Assembly: GCA_964270895.1 (NCBI GenBank)
Contig: OZ185449.1
Source: Podarcis filfolensis
Taxonomy: Eukaryota
Length of the DNA: 64,000 nt
Strand: one strand, 5' to 3'
The translations under genes were made by a program, and so were the position numbers. The notes beneath the pieces were generated by a model. It made no database searches. It was not told the origin of the DNA and saw nothing but the letters and a program-made list of their open reading frames with translations. Below are positions 46,877-59,523 of the stretch, piece after piece. Each line of letters starts with the position of its first letter. Position 1 is the first letter of the stretch.

Positions 46877-48580
46877 TACGTTTGCAATCTAAAAAGAGCT
46901 ACCCCCCCCATGTGAGAAAATGATGAAGCAAACACTCAATTCCCCCTGCCTCCAATTTGAAATGAGAGGAAGGGCCAAAGCTCATCTACTTTGCCTGCAA
47001 GAGTTCCCCAGTTCATTTCCCAACTTTTCCACGTGGGGCTGAAATCTTAGAGATCTGATGCTAAGCAGCCACCAGATGGACTGCTGGTATCTGACTTTGT
47101 ATAAGGCAGCTTCCAATATTCCTAAATCATACAACCTCACAACAGGTAATCATTATGTAGGCCTTCTGCTCAATCCCAACCCAACTGCCCCAAAGATCAA
47201 CATAATGCAGTGGAATGAGGTAGTGAAAAAGTGGAACAGTCCAGAGGTGCCAAAATGGACCCTGCCATTTCAATCAGCAAGCGCTAGGGGAATACATGTC
47301 CCTGATGTGTCTGATGCCTATTTTAAGGGAGGGTTGAAGGAATCTTTACAAAATAGCTTCTTCTCCCTCCCCCGTATGCTTCCTAAGAGGTACAGTCCAC
47401 TCTTCCATCATGCTCACTGCATTTGCATACCCGCCAAGTGTCCTGGAAAAAAATGGGAAACCCTGTTTTTTCGTGCAAGACCACAGTTGCCATTTTGGGT
47501 GCCATGATCTTGCGAGCTCTTGCACAACGCTCACACTGGGAAAAAAGCATTTTGGTTGGGTCTGCAATCCTGTGCGGCATCCCAAAATGTGTGTGTGAGA
47601 TCGCACCCTGAAAAAGTGTTTTTTTCAGGGTGAGATTCCGGCGCGGTTCACGTGACTCGCCCGGGAGCACGTCCAGGAAGATGCACACCCCAGTTTTTGA
47701 TCTGAAAAAGTTTGCTGTTATGCATTTGTAGCTCCCTAGGTCTCATCAGAACTGGCATGTCCTCAGGTCGTGATGGAAAACTGGGAACAAGAGCCCATCT
47801 GCCTGACTCAATTTAATCTGAAGAGGTTTTTTTAATTTGCGACTGAGCTAATCGATTAGATGCACCGATTAAAACCATTCAAGCCTCTTCACTTCTACAT
47901 TTCATCTTTTTTCAAAGAGCAAAAGGATGCCTTCTCCCCTCTCTCCTGTTTCAAGATGATAGGGCAAACGAAGGCTAGAATCCTCTTTCAACTGTCAATA
48001 AAGACAGCGGTTCCCCAAAGAGCACATTAGCTGTGGGTGGGGTTTGATGCCTTTGGTGGCAAGGAAAACACAGTGGTGCTTTTCAGAAAGGGAGCAAATG
48101 ACTGGGTGTGATCGGGAGCTGGAACAAGCGGATATGTGAAAAATATCTATAATCTGAGGAGCAGAGAAGAGCCTATACACTGTTGCCCATACCCCAGTGA
48201 TTCAAAGCAGAGGATGGAACAATTGAGACATGAGGTGAGAAAGAGGAAGCCTGCTGTGAAATAAAATCTAGGTATAAATATTGCAGAGGGGAAGAGTTAA
48301 GAGAACCTCTTCAAATGCACAAAGAGCAACAATTCCTGTGTCTGAATGTGAAATGAAAGTGATGTGAGGCTGGGCACAAGCTCAACCCAAGTTGCTGTTT
48401 GATTCAAAAGCAGCTTAAATCCCTGTGAAGCAAAATAAGAGAATTTCCATGGTTTTTGAAGCCACCAAGATGAGTTAAACTGGAGCATACACACTGCTGC
48501 TGAATTTTTATGACCCATGGTGGTGGTATTAAGGTGTGCAAGGCACTGGCTGCATAGACTTCTGGATACTTACCCTAGAT

Positions 48581-48716
48581 CAGGCTTCCTCAACCTTGGC
48601 CCTCCAGATGTTTTGAGACTATAATTCCCACCATCCCTGACCACTGGTCCTGCTGGCTAGGGATCATGGGAGTTGTAGGCCAAAAACATCTGGAGGGCCG
48701 AGGTTGAGGAAGCCTG
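48581..48716. mobile_element. Palindromic hAT MITE
   Basis: Long TIRs CAGGCTTCCTCAACCT / AGGTTGAGGAAGCCTG. TSD CCCTAGAT / CTCTAGAT. Confidence 0.88.
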
Positions 48717-49202
48717 CTCTAGATACACCAGGAATTAAGTGAATGCTGGGCCTTTAGGGCAAATGGAGAAATGCCCCACCAACCTCGGTCTGCCCTAAGC
48801 CACTCCCCACTTATTTCCCTACTTCCCTATTTCCCAGGGAGTGGCACAGACTGCTGGATCTCCCCTCCTTAGTTTCAGTGCCTCTCCAGCAGGGAGGAGG
48901 AAAATGGGGGCAGAGAAAGAATTAGTTGTCTCTGTTGTTGGCGATGGTTCTACCTACTATCTTCCACCCTACCAGGCCCAATGGGCAAACACTGCTATGA
49001 TTCCATCTAGCTCATCATTGTCAACAGGCATGAGAATGAGGAGAGTGACTCCCAGCAATAAACACTCAATGGATATATGAAGCAGCCTCTAATAAGTCAT
49101 GTGAGAAAAAAATCATCATTATTTTAGCTTTGTTGTTACTGATGTGAACTATTAACAGTCTCCTACCTGGGAAACTTGCTTCGACAAGCAAGAAACTGTT
49201 TA

Positions 49203-49431
49203 CAGTCATACCTCATGTTACGGATGCTTCAGGTTATGTGTTTTCGGGTTGCGGACTGCGGGAAACCTGGAAGTACCAGAACGGATTACTTCCGGGTTTC
49301 GCCGCTTGCGCATGTACAGAAGCGCCAAATCGCGGTGGCGCCTGTGCAGATGCGGTGCTTCAGGATCTGAATGCTGTGGGCTGTGGACATGCCTCTGTCA
49401 TAGATTACGTCTGCAACCTGAGGTTCCACTG
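49203..49431. mobile_element. Tc1/mariner MITE, inverted relative to 46617-46876
   Basis: TA-CAGTCATACCTC ... GAGGTTCCACTG-TA. Confidence 0.85.
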
Positions 49432-49614
49432 TACTATAAACAACTTGTGGTATTTCTTAAGCTCATAGCATCTGAGTAGGGATTAATTCTGCATAGTTTT
49501 TAATCAGTTCATATAACTGATTAATGAAATGCTGCACTCCTACTTTATCCTAGAAATGTTAGCAAAAATATTGCATCCAGAGCTCAGAACTCCAGCTGAA
49601 GCATATTTCTCTAG

Positions 49615-50165
49615 AGACTGGTTGGGGTCAGGCAAGGATGGTATGGAGTGAGGAGTTATCTCTTTATTGTCAAAAGTACCCTTATAAGTTAGGCAAAGAC
49701 AGCCCTGTGTCTCTCAACTCCTCCTAGGTGTGCACCCGATGAGGCATTTGCCACAACAGAGAGGCCTTGTCCCAATCTCATCTTAAGTATCTTCCCCACT
49801 AGAGTTGCAGGCAAGCAGGTGAAGACTCCACCTGCATATAATCTGCTTCTGCTCCTCCCACTTCAGTCCTCTTCTGATCCTGGGAGAGATTGGAGTAGGA
49901 GAGGTGAGGGCAGGAGGAGGAGGAGGTGAGGAAGCCCTTGACTCTATGCCAGCTGGACCTCTCTCTCCCTCCTCCTGCATCTGCACCTGTTCTTCACCCT
50001 CCAATCCTGCATCTTCTCCTGCCTCTGACTCTCAGTCTCTTGGCTGTTACAGACTTCCTCAGAGCACTGACCCCTTCTTCCAAGTCAGTCTCCAACCCTC
50101 CTTCTCCCAGCGCCCATGCTTCAGTATCCAGCCACCACTCCCCAGCATCCAGCCAGGCCCTGACA
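49615..50165 (-). mobile_element. Second solo LTR, diverged relative of the 22005-22594 LTR
   Basis: The minus strand starts TGTCAGGGCCTGGCTGGATGC, versus TGTCATGGACTGGTTGGATGC in the first LTR. AATAAA on the minus strand near 49663. CTAGAG occurs at 49611-49616 and 50166-50171. The left boundary is uncertain. Confidence 0.7.
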
Positions 50166-50377
50166 CTAGAGTTAGAAGAAAGAAAAGTAGGCTACTTGAA
50201 ATTGCAATACTATCCTCTCTGAGCCTCTAGGCTCATATGGGATAAAAGGCAGTGTGAATGAAATTCTTGGGAGTTGGGCTAGATGATGTTCAGTGTCTAC
50301 AATTCTATGATTCTATGAATGAACAAATATGTAAAATGCAGATGCCATGCTAAGTTATGTTTTACTCCCTTCATTAG

Positions 50378-50590
50378 GAACACTTCACTGAGGTAATAAA
50401 GAACCAGGAATTTCTCTTGCTGCCTGCTGGTGAAATTGCTAAGCTCCTGTCAAGTGATGACATCAATGTCCCAGATGAAGAATCCATATTCAAGGCATTG
50501 ATGTTGTGGGTTCGGCATGACTTGCAACCCAGGCAGCGGGAGCTCGGAATGCTTCTCTCCTACATCCGATTGCCTTTGCTGTCCCCACAG
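50378..50590 (+). CDS. KLHL4: KLHL4 coding exon 5 (BACK: [16 protein letters not shown]...IRLPLLSPQ)
   Basis: Acceptor ttcattag|GAA, donor CAG|gtaggc, 213 nt. Confidence 0.96.
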
Positions 50591-52211
50591 GTAGGCCTCT
50601 GGATAGAATGCCTGAGAGATTTGATTTCTTTGAATCCTTATGCACACTGACCTGATCCACACCTCCAGAGTAAATGTGCGGCTTGAAACATCATTATCCT
50701 GCTGATTTTGTGCTTCCCTAGATTTTGTGATACAGTTTTCAGCTCCAAACCTCCTGTTGTTATGACTGTTATTAATTTTTATTTTGTTTAACTTATTTTG
50801 AACCTACTCTTCATTGGTCACACAATCCTGGAGAGAGCAATCACATTTCAAATAATATTTCATTGAAATGCACCTAATGTGAAAATCAAACCCTACACTA
50901 GCAACTAGGACTAAGTGATTCAGATAACACTGAAATGTGAAGCCTACCTAATCTGCATTTTCTGAAATAGCGTGTGGACTGAAACACAACCATATTTGAA
51001 ATTCAGACTTGCATGAATTTTGCAATGAAGGTCTCCAGCCAAGTAATGTGCAAAAATTCATATACTCACGTATATTTCAAATGCATATATATAGAGATTA
51101 TTTTTATTAAAAAATGCACTGTATTAGGGGAAATTGCTTTGCAAAATGTAACGATGGGGGCGGGATGTAGAAAAGTATAAAAATGTGTATACTGGAATAC
51201 ATTTTCAATAAAATGTTGATGAACCCTTCACAATCTGATGTGGAAATGTGGATAAAAACTGAAGCTGACATATTTGTTATATCAGCCAAATGAGGGCACC
51301 ATTCTAACAAAAGAGTTGGGTGAATAGCCATGTTTTTACCTTTGGTATGGCTTGCACCGAGTAAAAACCTTCCACTAGCAATTAGTTCAGTTTAATGTTT
51401 GAAGGCCCCCTCCCCAAGGATGATTATGGGACTGTATTCCTTTCATTAGAAGACAATAGGGATATGTCAGCAATCTTGGCACTTAGGTTGGAGCCAAAGC
51501 TGGAGGCACCAGAGAGCAGAAGCTGGCCAGGTCTGGTGGTAAATCATATGGCACCTCCCATTGGAGACCAGGCTGTGCTTGTGTGAGAAACTGTGAGTGC
51601 AATTGTTTCCTATAATTCCCCCATCCAGACATCCCAGTAGTATCATAGGATCATCAGACCATGGGGAAGTGCTTTGGTAATGCAGTGACGAGGTCAAATT
51701 CTGGGGATAAGAGATGGGAGACAATCTTCCAAGCTATGACAAGAAGGTTGAGGATGATAGGGAGTGGGATTTGGTTGTAGGAAGCTTGACAGCAGTTCCC
51801 CAAGCCAGGAGTCAGCATGGTTAGGCATCTACTGGAGTTCATGCACCAGCAGGGAAGTTCACGGCTGACCTGCCAACTTCATTCCCCAAAATTGCAGTTG
51901 AATTCCAACATTTTGTTTAGTCTTGTGTGTGCAAACTAATATGCATAGAAGCCCATGCAACCTGAATCCTGGGTCCTGTTGGCCCACTTGCCAACCCTCT
52001 CCTCCCTTAGCCAACTCCAGGTGTGGAAGAGGAGGAGGATCAGTAGCAGCAACACCAGCCGTGAGGAGGATTTCCGATGGCTGTCTCAGGGTCCCCACTA
52101 ATTATTATGGTGCCTTGTGGCCCATAACATCTGGAGAAAGACTTGGCTGATATATCTAGAAATGACCTTTTGATTACATCAATATGAACACCAAGACTTT
52201 GTATGTCTCAG

Positions 52212-52398
52212 CTATTAGCAGATCTGGAAAACAGCCCCATGTTCACTGATGACCTTGAGTGCCAGAAACTTCTCATGGAAGCAATGAAGTATCACCTGCT
52301 ACCAGAAAGGAGGTCTATGATGCAGAGTCCTCGTACTAAGCCTAGGAAGTCCACCGTGGGCTCTCTCTATGCTGTGGGGGGTATGGATGCCACCAAAG
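52212..52398 (+). CDS. KLHL4: KLHL4 coding exon 6 (LLADLEN...[26 protein letters not shown])
   Basis: Acceptor tgtctcag|CTA, donor G|gtaaac, 187 nt. Contains the PR..PR linker and start of Kelch 1. Confidence 0.96.
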
Positions 52399-53049
52399 GT
52401 AAACTGACAAAGTGACCTCTGGCCTATGAAAACTTAGTTCACAATAAATGTAGTTAGCATGTAAGGATGGGGTAGCCAACATGCTATTCTCCTGATGTTT
52501 TGGACTACAACTCCCACTATCCCTAATCATTTATTATGCTGACTGGAGATGATGACAGTTATAGCCCAAAACATCTGGCAGACACCCACTGGCTACTCCT
52601 GATACAAAGCCAGGATAGTGAATCTGGGTCTCTCCAGATGTTGGACTCCAACCATCATTGGCCATTGGAGATTATTGATGAGGATGAGCACAACTGTGGC
52701 AACAGTTTAGATGAACTACAGAAGATCGATATTAGCAAGCTGTGCTCTGACTACTAGATTGCTCAGTCCACAATTCCTTTGCCTTTTGAGAGGCTACCAG
52801 GCACTGCCTATACAATTCCAAGTGCATTTTCACATCACAGGCAACATGGGATGGTGAAAAGAGTACTGGGCTTGGAATAGGGAGCTCAATTCAGACTAGG
52901 ATGGGCAGATGCAAAAGACGACAGGGCCCCTGTATTTAAATAGTTGTGTAGGAAAGGGAATTTTAGCAAGTGTAGTGACCTCTTCTACACAACTACGAGA
53001 GGAGCCCTGCCCTCTTGCATCTTCTTTCACCAGCTTTAGCTAGGAAGAC

Positions 53050-53530
53050 AGCTATGCCCATTCCTGGATCAGGATAGCTTGACCACAGTTGTCCACACAA
53101 AGTTGGATTACTGCAATGTGCTCTATACGGGACTACCCTTGAAGTGGCTCCGCAGGCTACAGCTGGTGCAAAACCTGGTGACTAGGTTGCTTGTGAGGGC
53201 AAACTACTGCTGGCAATCTGCTACTGGGTCAGGTTCAAGGTGTTGTTACTATCATAAAAGACCCTCTACAACTCAGGGCCAGATGACTTGAGAGACCAGC
53301 TTATCCATTATATACTCAGCAGGCCACTGTGGTCTGTGGGGGAGCTTCTCCTTCAGGTTTCAAAGATACGCTGTAGAACATCACTCCTATTGAGATATAA
53401 CAGCTGACCACTATCTGCACTTTGGGAAACAGCTGAAGACATTTTTGTTTCCCAGCTGGAAGTATGCTTATTTTGTATTTTATTGCATTTTGTACACTGC
53501 CTTGAGACATAATGTGTGTGGAACGCCCAT
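53050..53530 (+). mobile_element. Old L2 ORF2 fragment
   Basis: KLDYCNVLYTGLPLKWLRRLQLVQN matches the L2 SRLDYCN...LQLVQN motif. Confidence 0.75.
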
Positions 53531-54554
53531 AATTTAATATAATCGCCATCACCACCAACCACCCCACCTTAATTAGAAGGCAACATCCTGTGTTTACTAA
53601 TCTACCTTCACATTATTATTACTATTGATTTATTAATATCCTTATAAACAACTGTCTCAAAGCAATTTACACCAAATATATTTTAAAACAGATAAAAATA
53701 CAAAAACATACAAAGTAGACATGAATGGGTAAAGGCCCATTCATCGTGATGGGAATGTCCATCAGAGCAAGATGGTCTTAAATTGCTTCTGGAAAGTGCA
53801 GATAGCTGGCACCTGTTGCATCTTGACAAGAATGATGCTCCACAGAACTGGGTAGCCACACTAAAAGCCCTGCCCCAAATTACACCTTGCAACTCTTGGC
53901 ATTGCCAAGCTATGACCCTGTGCCCCCCCACCAGGTATTGCTAATTCTGCATACAGTATTTTGAATCCTCAACAGGGAATGCAGGTGTAAGCTCTGGAAG
54001 AGAAGGCAATTCACCTATAAACCAAAGCCTATCCGATTCCATCTGCCACTTTAAAAGTGCCACACTTTTTTTTTTTTAAAAAAGGGAACGAATAGGTTTA
54101 TATTCCGCTGCTACCTGCAGAAACTTTAACCTTACCCCCACAGCATACAACCCACAGAAAAGCAATTATTCAAAGAGATTGTAGTGTTACTTGCTACTGC
54201 AGAAATTGCTAGCAAGATTGGATGTTTGAACTAATTTCAAACACGCTCTCTTGCCACCATATTACATTTCGTTATATGGAATGAATATTAACATTATTCA
54301 GATACAGTTGCTCACAACGCTCCCAAGGTAAAAAAGGGAAAAAAGCAGCACAGCACTTTAGATCCTCAGGATGAAGGGGAGAAAATGGTTTGGATTGCAT
54401 TGTGTTTCTTGTGCAATCATAATGGACACATAGGAGATTGAAGCTGAAGTCCGAGCCTTAAGATCTTTGCTTTAGTGGCTGACCTTTAGAATTGAATGGA
54501 CAGGAGTGGAATGAATTAGAATTAATTGGAATTTCACAGTTGAAAATAGCAACA

Positions 54555-54990
54555 CTGGTTGCCTCGCTTCAGAAAGGATATTGTAGAGCTGGAAAAGGTT
54601 CAGAAAAGGGCAACCGAAACCATCAAGGGATTGGTGCAACTTCCCTCTGAGGAAAGGTTACAACTTCTGGGGCATTTTAGTTTAGAGAAAAGGCAGGTAA
54701 GAGATGAAATTATAGAAATCGGTAAAATTATGGATGTCAGGGAAAGTGGACAGAGTAAAGTTTTTTGTCCCTTTCTCATAACCCCAGAATTCAGGGACAC
54801 TCAATGAAGCTGAATGTTGGAAGACAAAAGAAAAGACTTCTTTACACTGTTAAACAATGGCATTGCCACCAACTAAGGTGGATTTAAAAGAGAAATTCAG
54901 GAGGATAAGAATGTCAGTGCCTACTAGTTGTGATGGCTGCTGTTCTCAGGGCCTCACATAGACATCTGGTTGGCCTGATCCTGCTCTTTT
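54555..54990 (+). mobile_element. CR1 LINE 3' fragment
   Basis: KDIVELEKVQKRAT...EERL..LG.FSLEKR is the CR1 ORF2 C-terminus. Confidence 0.85.
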
Positions 54991-55494
54991 TTTAAAAATC
55001 CCTTTACAAAGCTTTTTAAAAAAAGATTAAAAAACACCATGCACCACTCAGTCTGTGAATATATCCCTAGCTACAAGGTACAAGTCTTGGGTGTTTACCA
55101 CTCTACTTTTTCAGCCTATTTCTGCATGCAACTGTAAGCATGTAGTTCATTTTCCACACTCTGTTACTTGCCACTGGTACACATGACCACACCATCATTT
55201 TAGAATTTTGACCAGTTCCTATCCTTGAAGGTAACTCTAAAAAAACTTCTTAACCAAATATTTAATGGTGCCTTGCACTTCCATGTATTTCAAACATAAA
55301 TACTTTCCATGTATTTTATGTACAAATTCTCAAGATATCTCAGTTATATAAGTGGTTAAAATTGGCTGCTCATTATCTCCAAACAGTGTCAGCGATATCA
55401 CTGAATGTTCATGAATATTCCATTGCCACCACTATTCTGTAAGATTCTCCTTCAAATTCACTATTCACTATTCACTATTCATATATTTCAACAG

Positions 55495-55719
55495 GCACTA
55501 CCACCATTGAGAAATACGACTTGAGGACAAACAGCTGGATCCAAATTGGAACCATGAATGGAAGGCGGCTACAGTTCGGGGTTGCTGTGATTGACAACAA
55601 GCTGTACATTGTAGGAGGAAGAGATGGCCTGAAAACATCCAATACAGTCGAATGTTTCAATCCAGTAACCAAAGCCTGGACTGTGATGCCCCCAATGTCA
55701 ACCCACAGGCATGGTTTAG
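55495..55719 (+). CDS. KLHL4: KLHL4 coding exon 7 (Kelch 1-3)
   Basis: Acceptor tttcaacag|GC, donor G|gtaaca, 225 nt. Kelch GG...W motifs ([21 protein letters not shown]). Confidence 0.97.
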
Positions 55720-56375
55720 GTAACAGCACTTGCAAAATTATCTTCTACTTAAACTGACAATGACAGTTTGTCACACATTAAACATGCACTTGCCGTGCAA
55801 TGATTCTCCGGACCTCTAACTGAGAACAAGTCTACACATACCTTGAGAACAGGTCTACATATTCCTAGCCATCCCTTGACATTAGATGCATGTGTGAATG
55901 GACCACTGTGATTCACTGATCACAGTAAGAGCTTTCCTATCATAGTTCAAACACAACAATTTGGATCCAACGTTGGTGGAAGTCAGAACTAGGTGTGTTA
56001 CTGGGCTTTCCCAGCCCTCCTCTTCACTGCAGTTATTAAAAAGAGAATGTTTTGAGTACACACACAGAGTTAAAAATGTGATGGAATGCACTGTATGAAA
56101 CAGACATGAGCCAATTGAAGACCATTCCACCCATCCCTACTCCATAGCCATGAAGCTTCACAGGCTGTTCGCAGCCCCAGAGATTCCTTGTCCTATATTG
56201 TTGCATGAATTTCGGTGTTGTGCTTTGTTGTGTGATTGTTATTCCAGTTATCCACCATATGGCTCTACTGGGTGGATGGCGGGGTGTAGGTGAGGAACAC
56301 AAATACATAATTAAACAGATGTGTCTCTACATTAATATCTACTACTTTCCTCCCAACCCTGATTTTCATCCAAAG

Positions 56376-56538
56376 GTGTAGCAATGCTTGAAGGGCCAAT
56401 GTATGCAGTGGGAGGCCACGATGGTTGGAGTTACCTCAACACGGTGGAAAGATGGGACCCTCAGGCCCGGCAGTGGAATTACGTCGCAAGCATGGCAACA
56501 CCAAGGAGCACTGTGGGGGTTGCAGCACTGAACAGCAA
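56376..56538 (+). CDS. KLHL4: KLHL4 coding exon 8 (Kelch 3-4)
   Basis: Acceptor catccaaag|GT, donor AA|gtatgt, 163 nt. [21 protein letters not shown]. Confidence 0.97.
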
Positions 56539-56670
56539 GTATGTACAACACTCACAGATAAGCTCAGTTGATTAGACCATGGGGCTCATAATGCCAAGGT
56601 TTGATCCCTGTATGGGATAGCTGCATTGTAGGGGGTCGAACAAGATGATCCTCAGTGTCTCTTTCAGCCA

Positions 56671-56853
56671 TAGCTGTCAACATTCCCTTTCTTGCGGGAA
56701 ATTCCCTTATTCCAGCGACGTTTCCCGCTGCTTCCCGCTGCTATCTCGGATTGTTAGATATCCCGTAGACTGTCGCCGGGACAGGTGAGGCTGCTGATCC
56801 CTTATTTTTGAGGCTGCTGATCCCTTATTTTCAAATCTGAAAGTTTACAGCTA
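56671..56853. mobile_element. MITE nested in a SINE with a CR1-like tail
   Basis: TIRs TAGCTGTCAAC / GTTTACAGCTA and an internal 23-bp tandem duplication at 56786-56831. Confidence 0.6.
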
Positions 56854-57148
56854 TGCTTCCAACTCTATTATGATTCTATGATCAACCCTGAAGAGACACT
56901 GCCAATCAGTGTAGACCAGAGATGGAGAACCTTTGGCCTTTTGGATGTTGTTGTACTGCAACAATCACCCTTAAGCATTGGCCATGCTGGCAACACCTGA
57001 TAGGAGTTCAACAACATCTGGAGGGCCACATATTCTACATCCTTGTTGCAGAGCAAGATGAACCGATGGCATGCTTCCTGCGTCCTTCATTCAAAATGTG
57101 GGCAGTTAGATAAGATGCCTTCATGTCTTGCTTGTCCTGCTGTTATAG

Positions 57149-57361
57149 GTTGTATGCTGTTGGCGGGCGAGACGGCAGCTCCTGCCTGAAGTCCATGGAG
57201 TGCTTTGACCCCCACACAAACAAGTGGAGCATGTGCGCATCCATGTCAAAGCGGCGTGGAGGGGTTGGTGTTGCAACCTACAATGGGTTTCTCTATGCCG
57301 TGGGTGGCCATGATGCCCCTGCTTCGAATCACTGTTCTCGGCTTTCGGACTGCGTAGAAAG
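57149..57361 (+). CDS. KLHL4: KLHL4 coding exon 9 (Kelch 4-5)
   Basis: Acceptor tgttatag|G, donor AG|gtaggg, 213 nt. [21 protein letters not shown]...SRLSDCVER. Confidence 0.97.
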
Positions 57362-57837
57362 GTAGGGGTGTTTTTAAAAATTGTTACTGCATGTATATAA
57401 ACCTCCTTTTCTTCAAGGAGGTCAAGGTGACATACAATATTCCCCAACTCCAACCTTATGAGGTAGTTCAGGATGAGAGAAGTTGACTGGCCCAATGTCA
57501 CCCCAGTGAGGTTCATGCCCAGGTGGGGGTCTGGTCACCATCTCAGGCTGTAACCATTATGCCACACAGCATAAAGGAATTAAATGATTGAAATCTTCCT
57601 TTGTGCATTGAAACAGATGTTTTAGGTTTAAACAACATGCTGGATTTATCAGGTATTTGCCAGAGAAAGTAATTTAGAGAATTAACAAAATTAGGGATGC
57701 AGTTGGAGGGCCTCCCAAAGAATGAAAGTTAAAATTAGGGAAGTGGTCATACTGTACCTGTGTGCCGCTTCGTAAATTGATAGATTCTTATTGGAGGTGC
57801 AGAACTTTCTGGAAGCCACATATGTGGGCAGCACGAT

Positions 57838-58128
57838 CAGGGCCGTCTTAAGCATATCTGGCGCCCCCCCCCCCTTTCCCAGAGTTGCCAACCTTTTTCC
57901 AAGCCTCTGCGGGCATCGCTCTCCACCTGTGGATGCTTGGGAAGGAAGATGCACGCCCACCAGCCATATGGTTGATGGGGCACAGCTGGCAGCTGTGCAG
58001 GGAAAGGGGAGGCTGCTGGCAAAGCCGTGCAGCTCCCCCAGTGCAGCTCCCCCACTCACTGGGGCGCCCCTGAGAGGCCAGCGCCCTGGTGCAACGCGCC
58101 AATAAACCCAATAGGAAAGACAGCTCTG
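57838..58128. mobile_element. GC-rich hAT MITE
   Basis: TIRs CAGGGCCGTCTT / AAGACAGCTCTG. Flanks AGCACGAT / AGGACCAT match at 6 of 8. Confidence 0.7.
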
Positions 58129-59351
58129 AGGACCATAAGCAACAATGCATATAAAATCGACATTTATACAGTAGGCTAGGTCCTACACACATGCACACAC
58201 TCTTCTTTATTTTCCTTCCACGGTAGCGAGAAGCATGATCCGTATTCGAGGACATATTCAAGGCAGGCAAAAACACTCAAGAAGGATGCAAAACAGAGTC
58301 AGTGGCAGATAGGGGAGAAGTCCTGAGGCCCAGGCAGAGAGGCTTGGAGGTCTGAATTTGGGCCTGAGGTTTCCCACCCCTGATTTATCTGAAGCAAATG
58401 CTGCTTCTCTTAATTCCAGATGTATTCTGTATGCACACTTTCCATCTAACAATGAATGGTAGCTTTGATTTATTAAACTGCAAAAGGCTTCTATACTAAG
58501 AATCCATCAATTTCTTCAAAAGGCAGCTTGCTGATAATCTAAAATTCCTTAAAGTGTGCACGGACTAAAACATTTCTATGAATTATTATAGCCATCCAGC
58601 AAATAGTAATAATAATAATAACAATAAATGCTTGGCTTTTTCTTGAGACATTTGCTAGATGTCCTCTAAATGGAAAGGGAATAAAGAATGGGTGATTGGC
58701 TGTCGCTGTTGCTGCTGCATGCTTCAACTCAGTGATTTTATATTGTGACTAAGAAGAAAGGACTAGATCATAAGTCAAGAGTGCCATCTTGTGGCTGAAG
58801 GAAGCATGATTATATTTCTTACTTCCTCATGGCTCAATATGGAGTCTTGAGAACCTTTACCAGCTCAGATTTGGGGGACCGGGTGTGGGGGAAGTTTTCC
58901 CAAAGCAGTGTCACTCCTGCCTGTTAATCTGGATGTCTTTGTTTTCTCTTTGATTACTCTTTGCTGCTGCTAGGTATACCTACTGCCCCAATGCCATCGA
59001 TTCCTTCCTCCCCAGATGGCTTGCTTTCCCTGCCCTCACTCTGATTATTCTACCCTGAAGCCAAATCAGAGTGAGGGCACAAGTGGGATGTGACATGTCC
59101 TGTCTAGAGAGGAAGAAACAAAAGGAACTTTGCAGGGGTGGGGAGGGGGGAAGAGAAAGTAGCATGTAGTATAAGAGATGAGGATGAATGCTACTGGGTA
59201 TATAATTCACCCTCTTCAATTTCCCATGCCCAAATCACCAAAATGGCCCCATCCAATGGGGCGCTGCAGCTGAAGGAGGCATTTAAGCTTAGTTATTTTA
59301 TTTACTTATCTATTCTACTAATAACTGCAAAGATCTACATAAATACTCTAG

Positions 59352-59523
59352 GTATGATCCGAAAACAGACACTTGGACCACTGTAGCACCTTTGAGCGTA
59401 CCCCGTGATGCTGTTGGGATCTGTCCTCTTGGAGACAGGTTGTATGCAGTGGGTGGTTACGATGGACAAACCTACCTGGATACGGTGGAATCTTATGATG
59501 CACAAAACAATGAATGGATAGAG
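59352..59523 (+). CDS. KLHL4: KLHL4 coding exon 10 (Kelch 5-6)
   Basis: Acceptor tactctag|G, donor GAG|gtaatt, 172 nt. YDPKTDTW...[20 protein letters not shown]. Confidence 0.96.
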
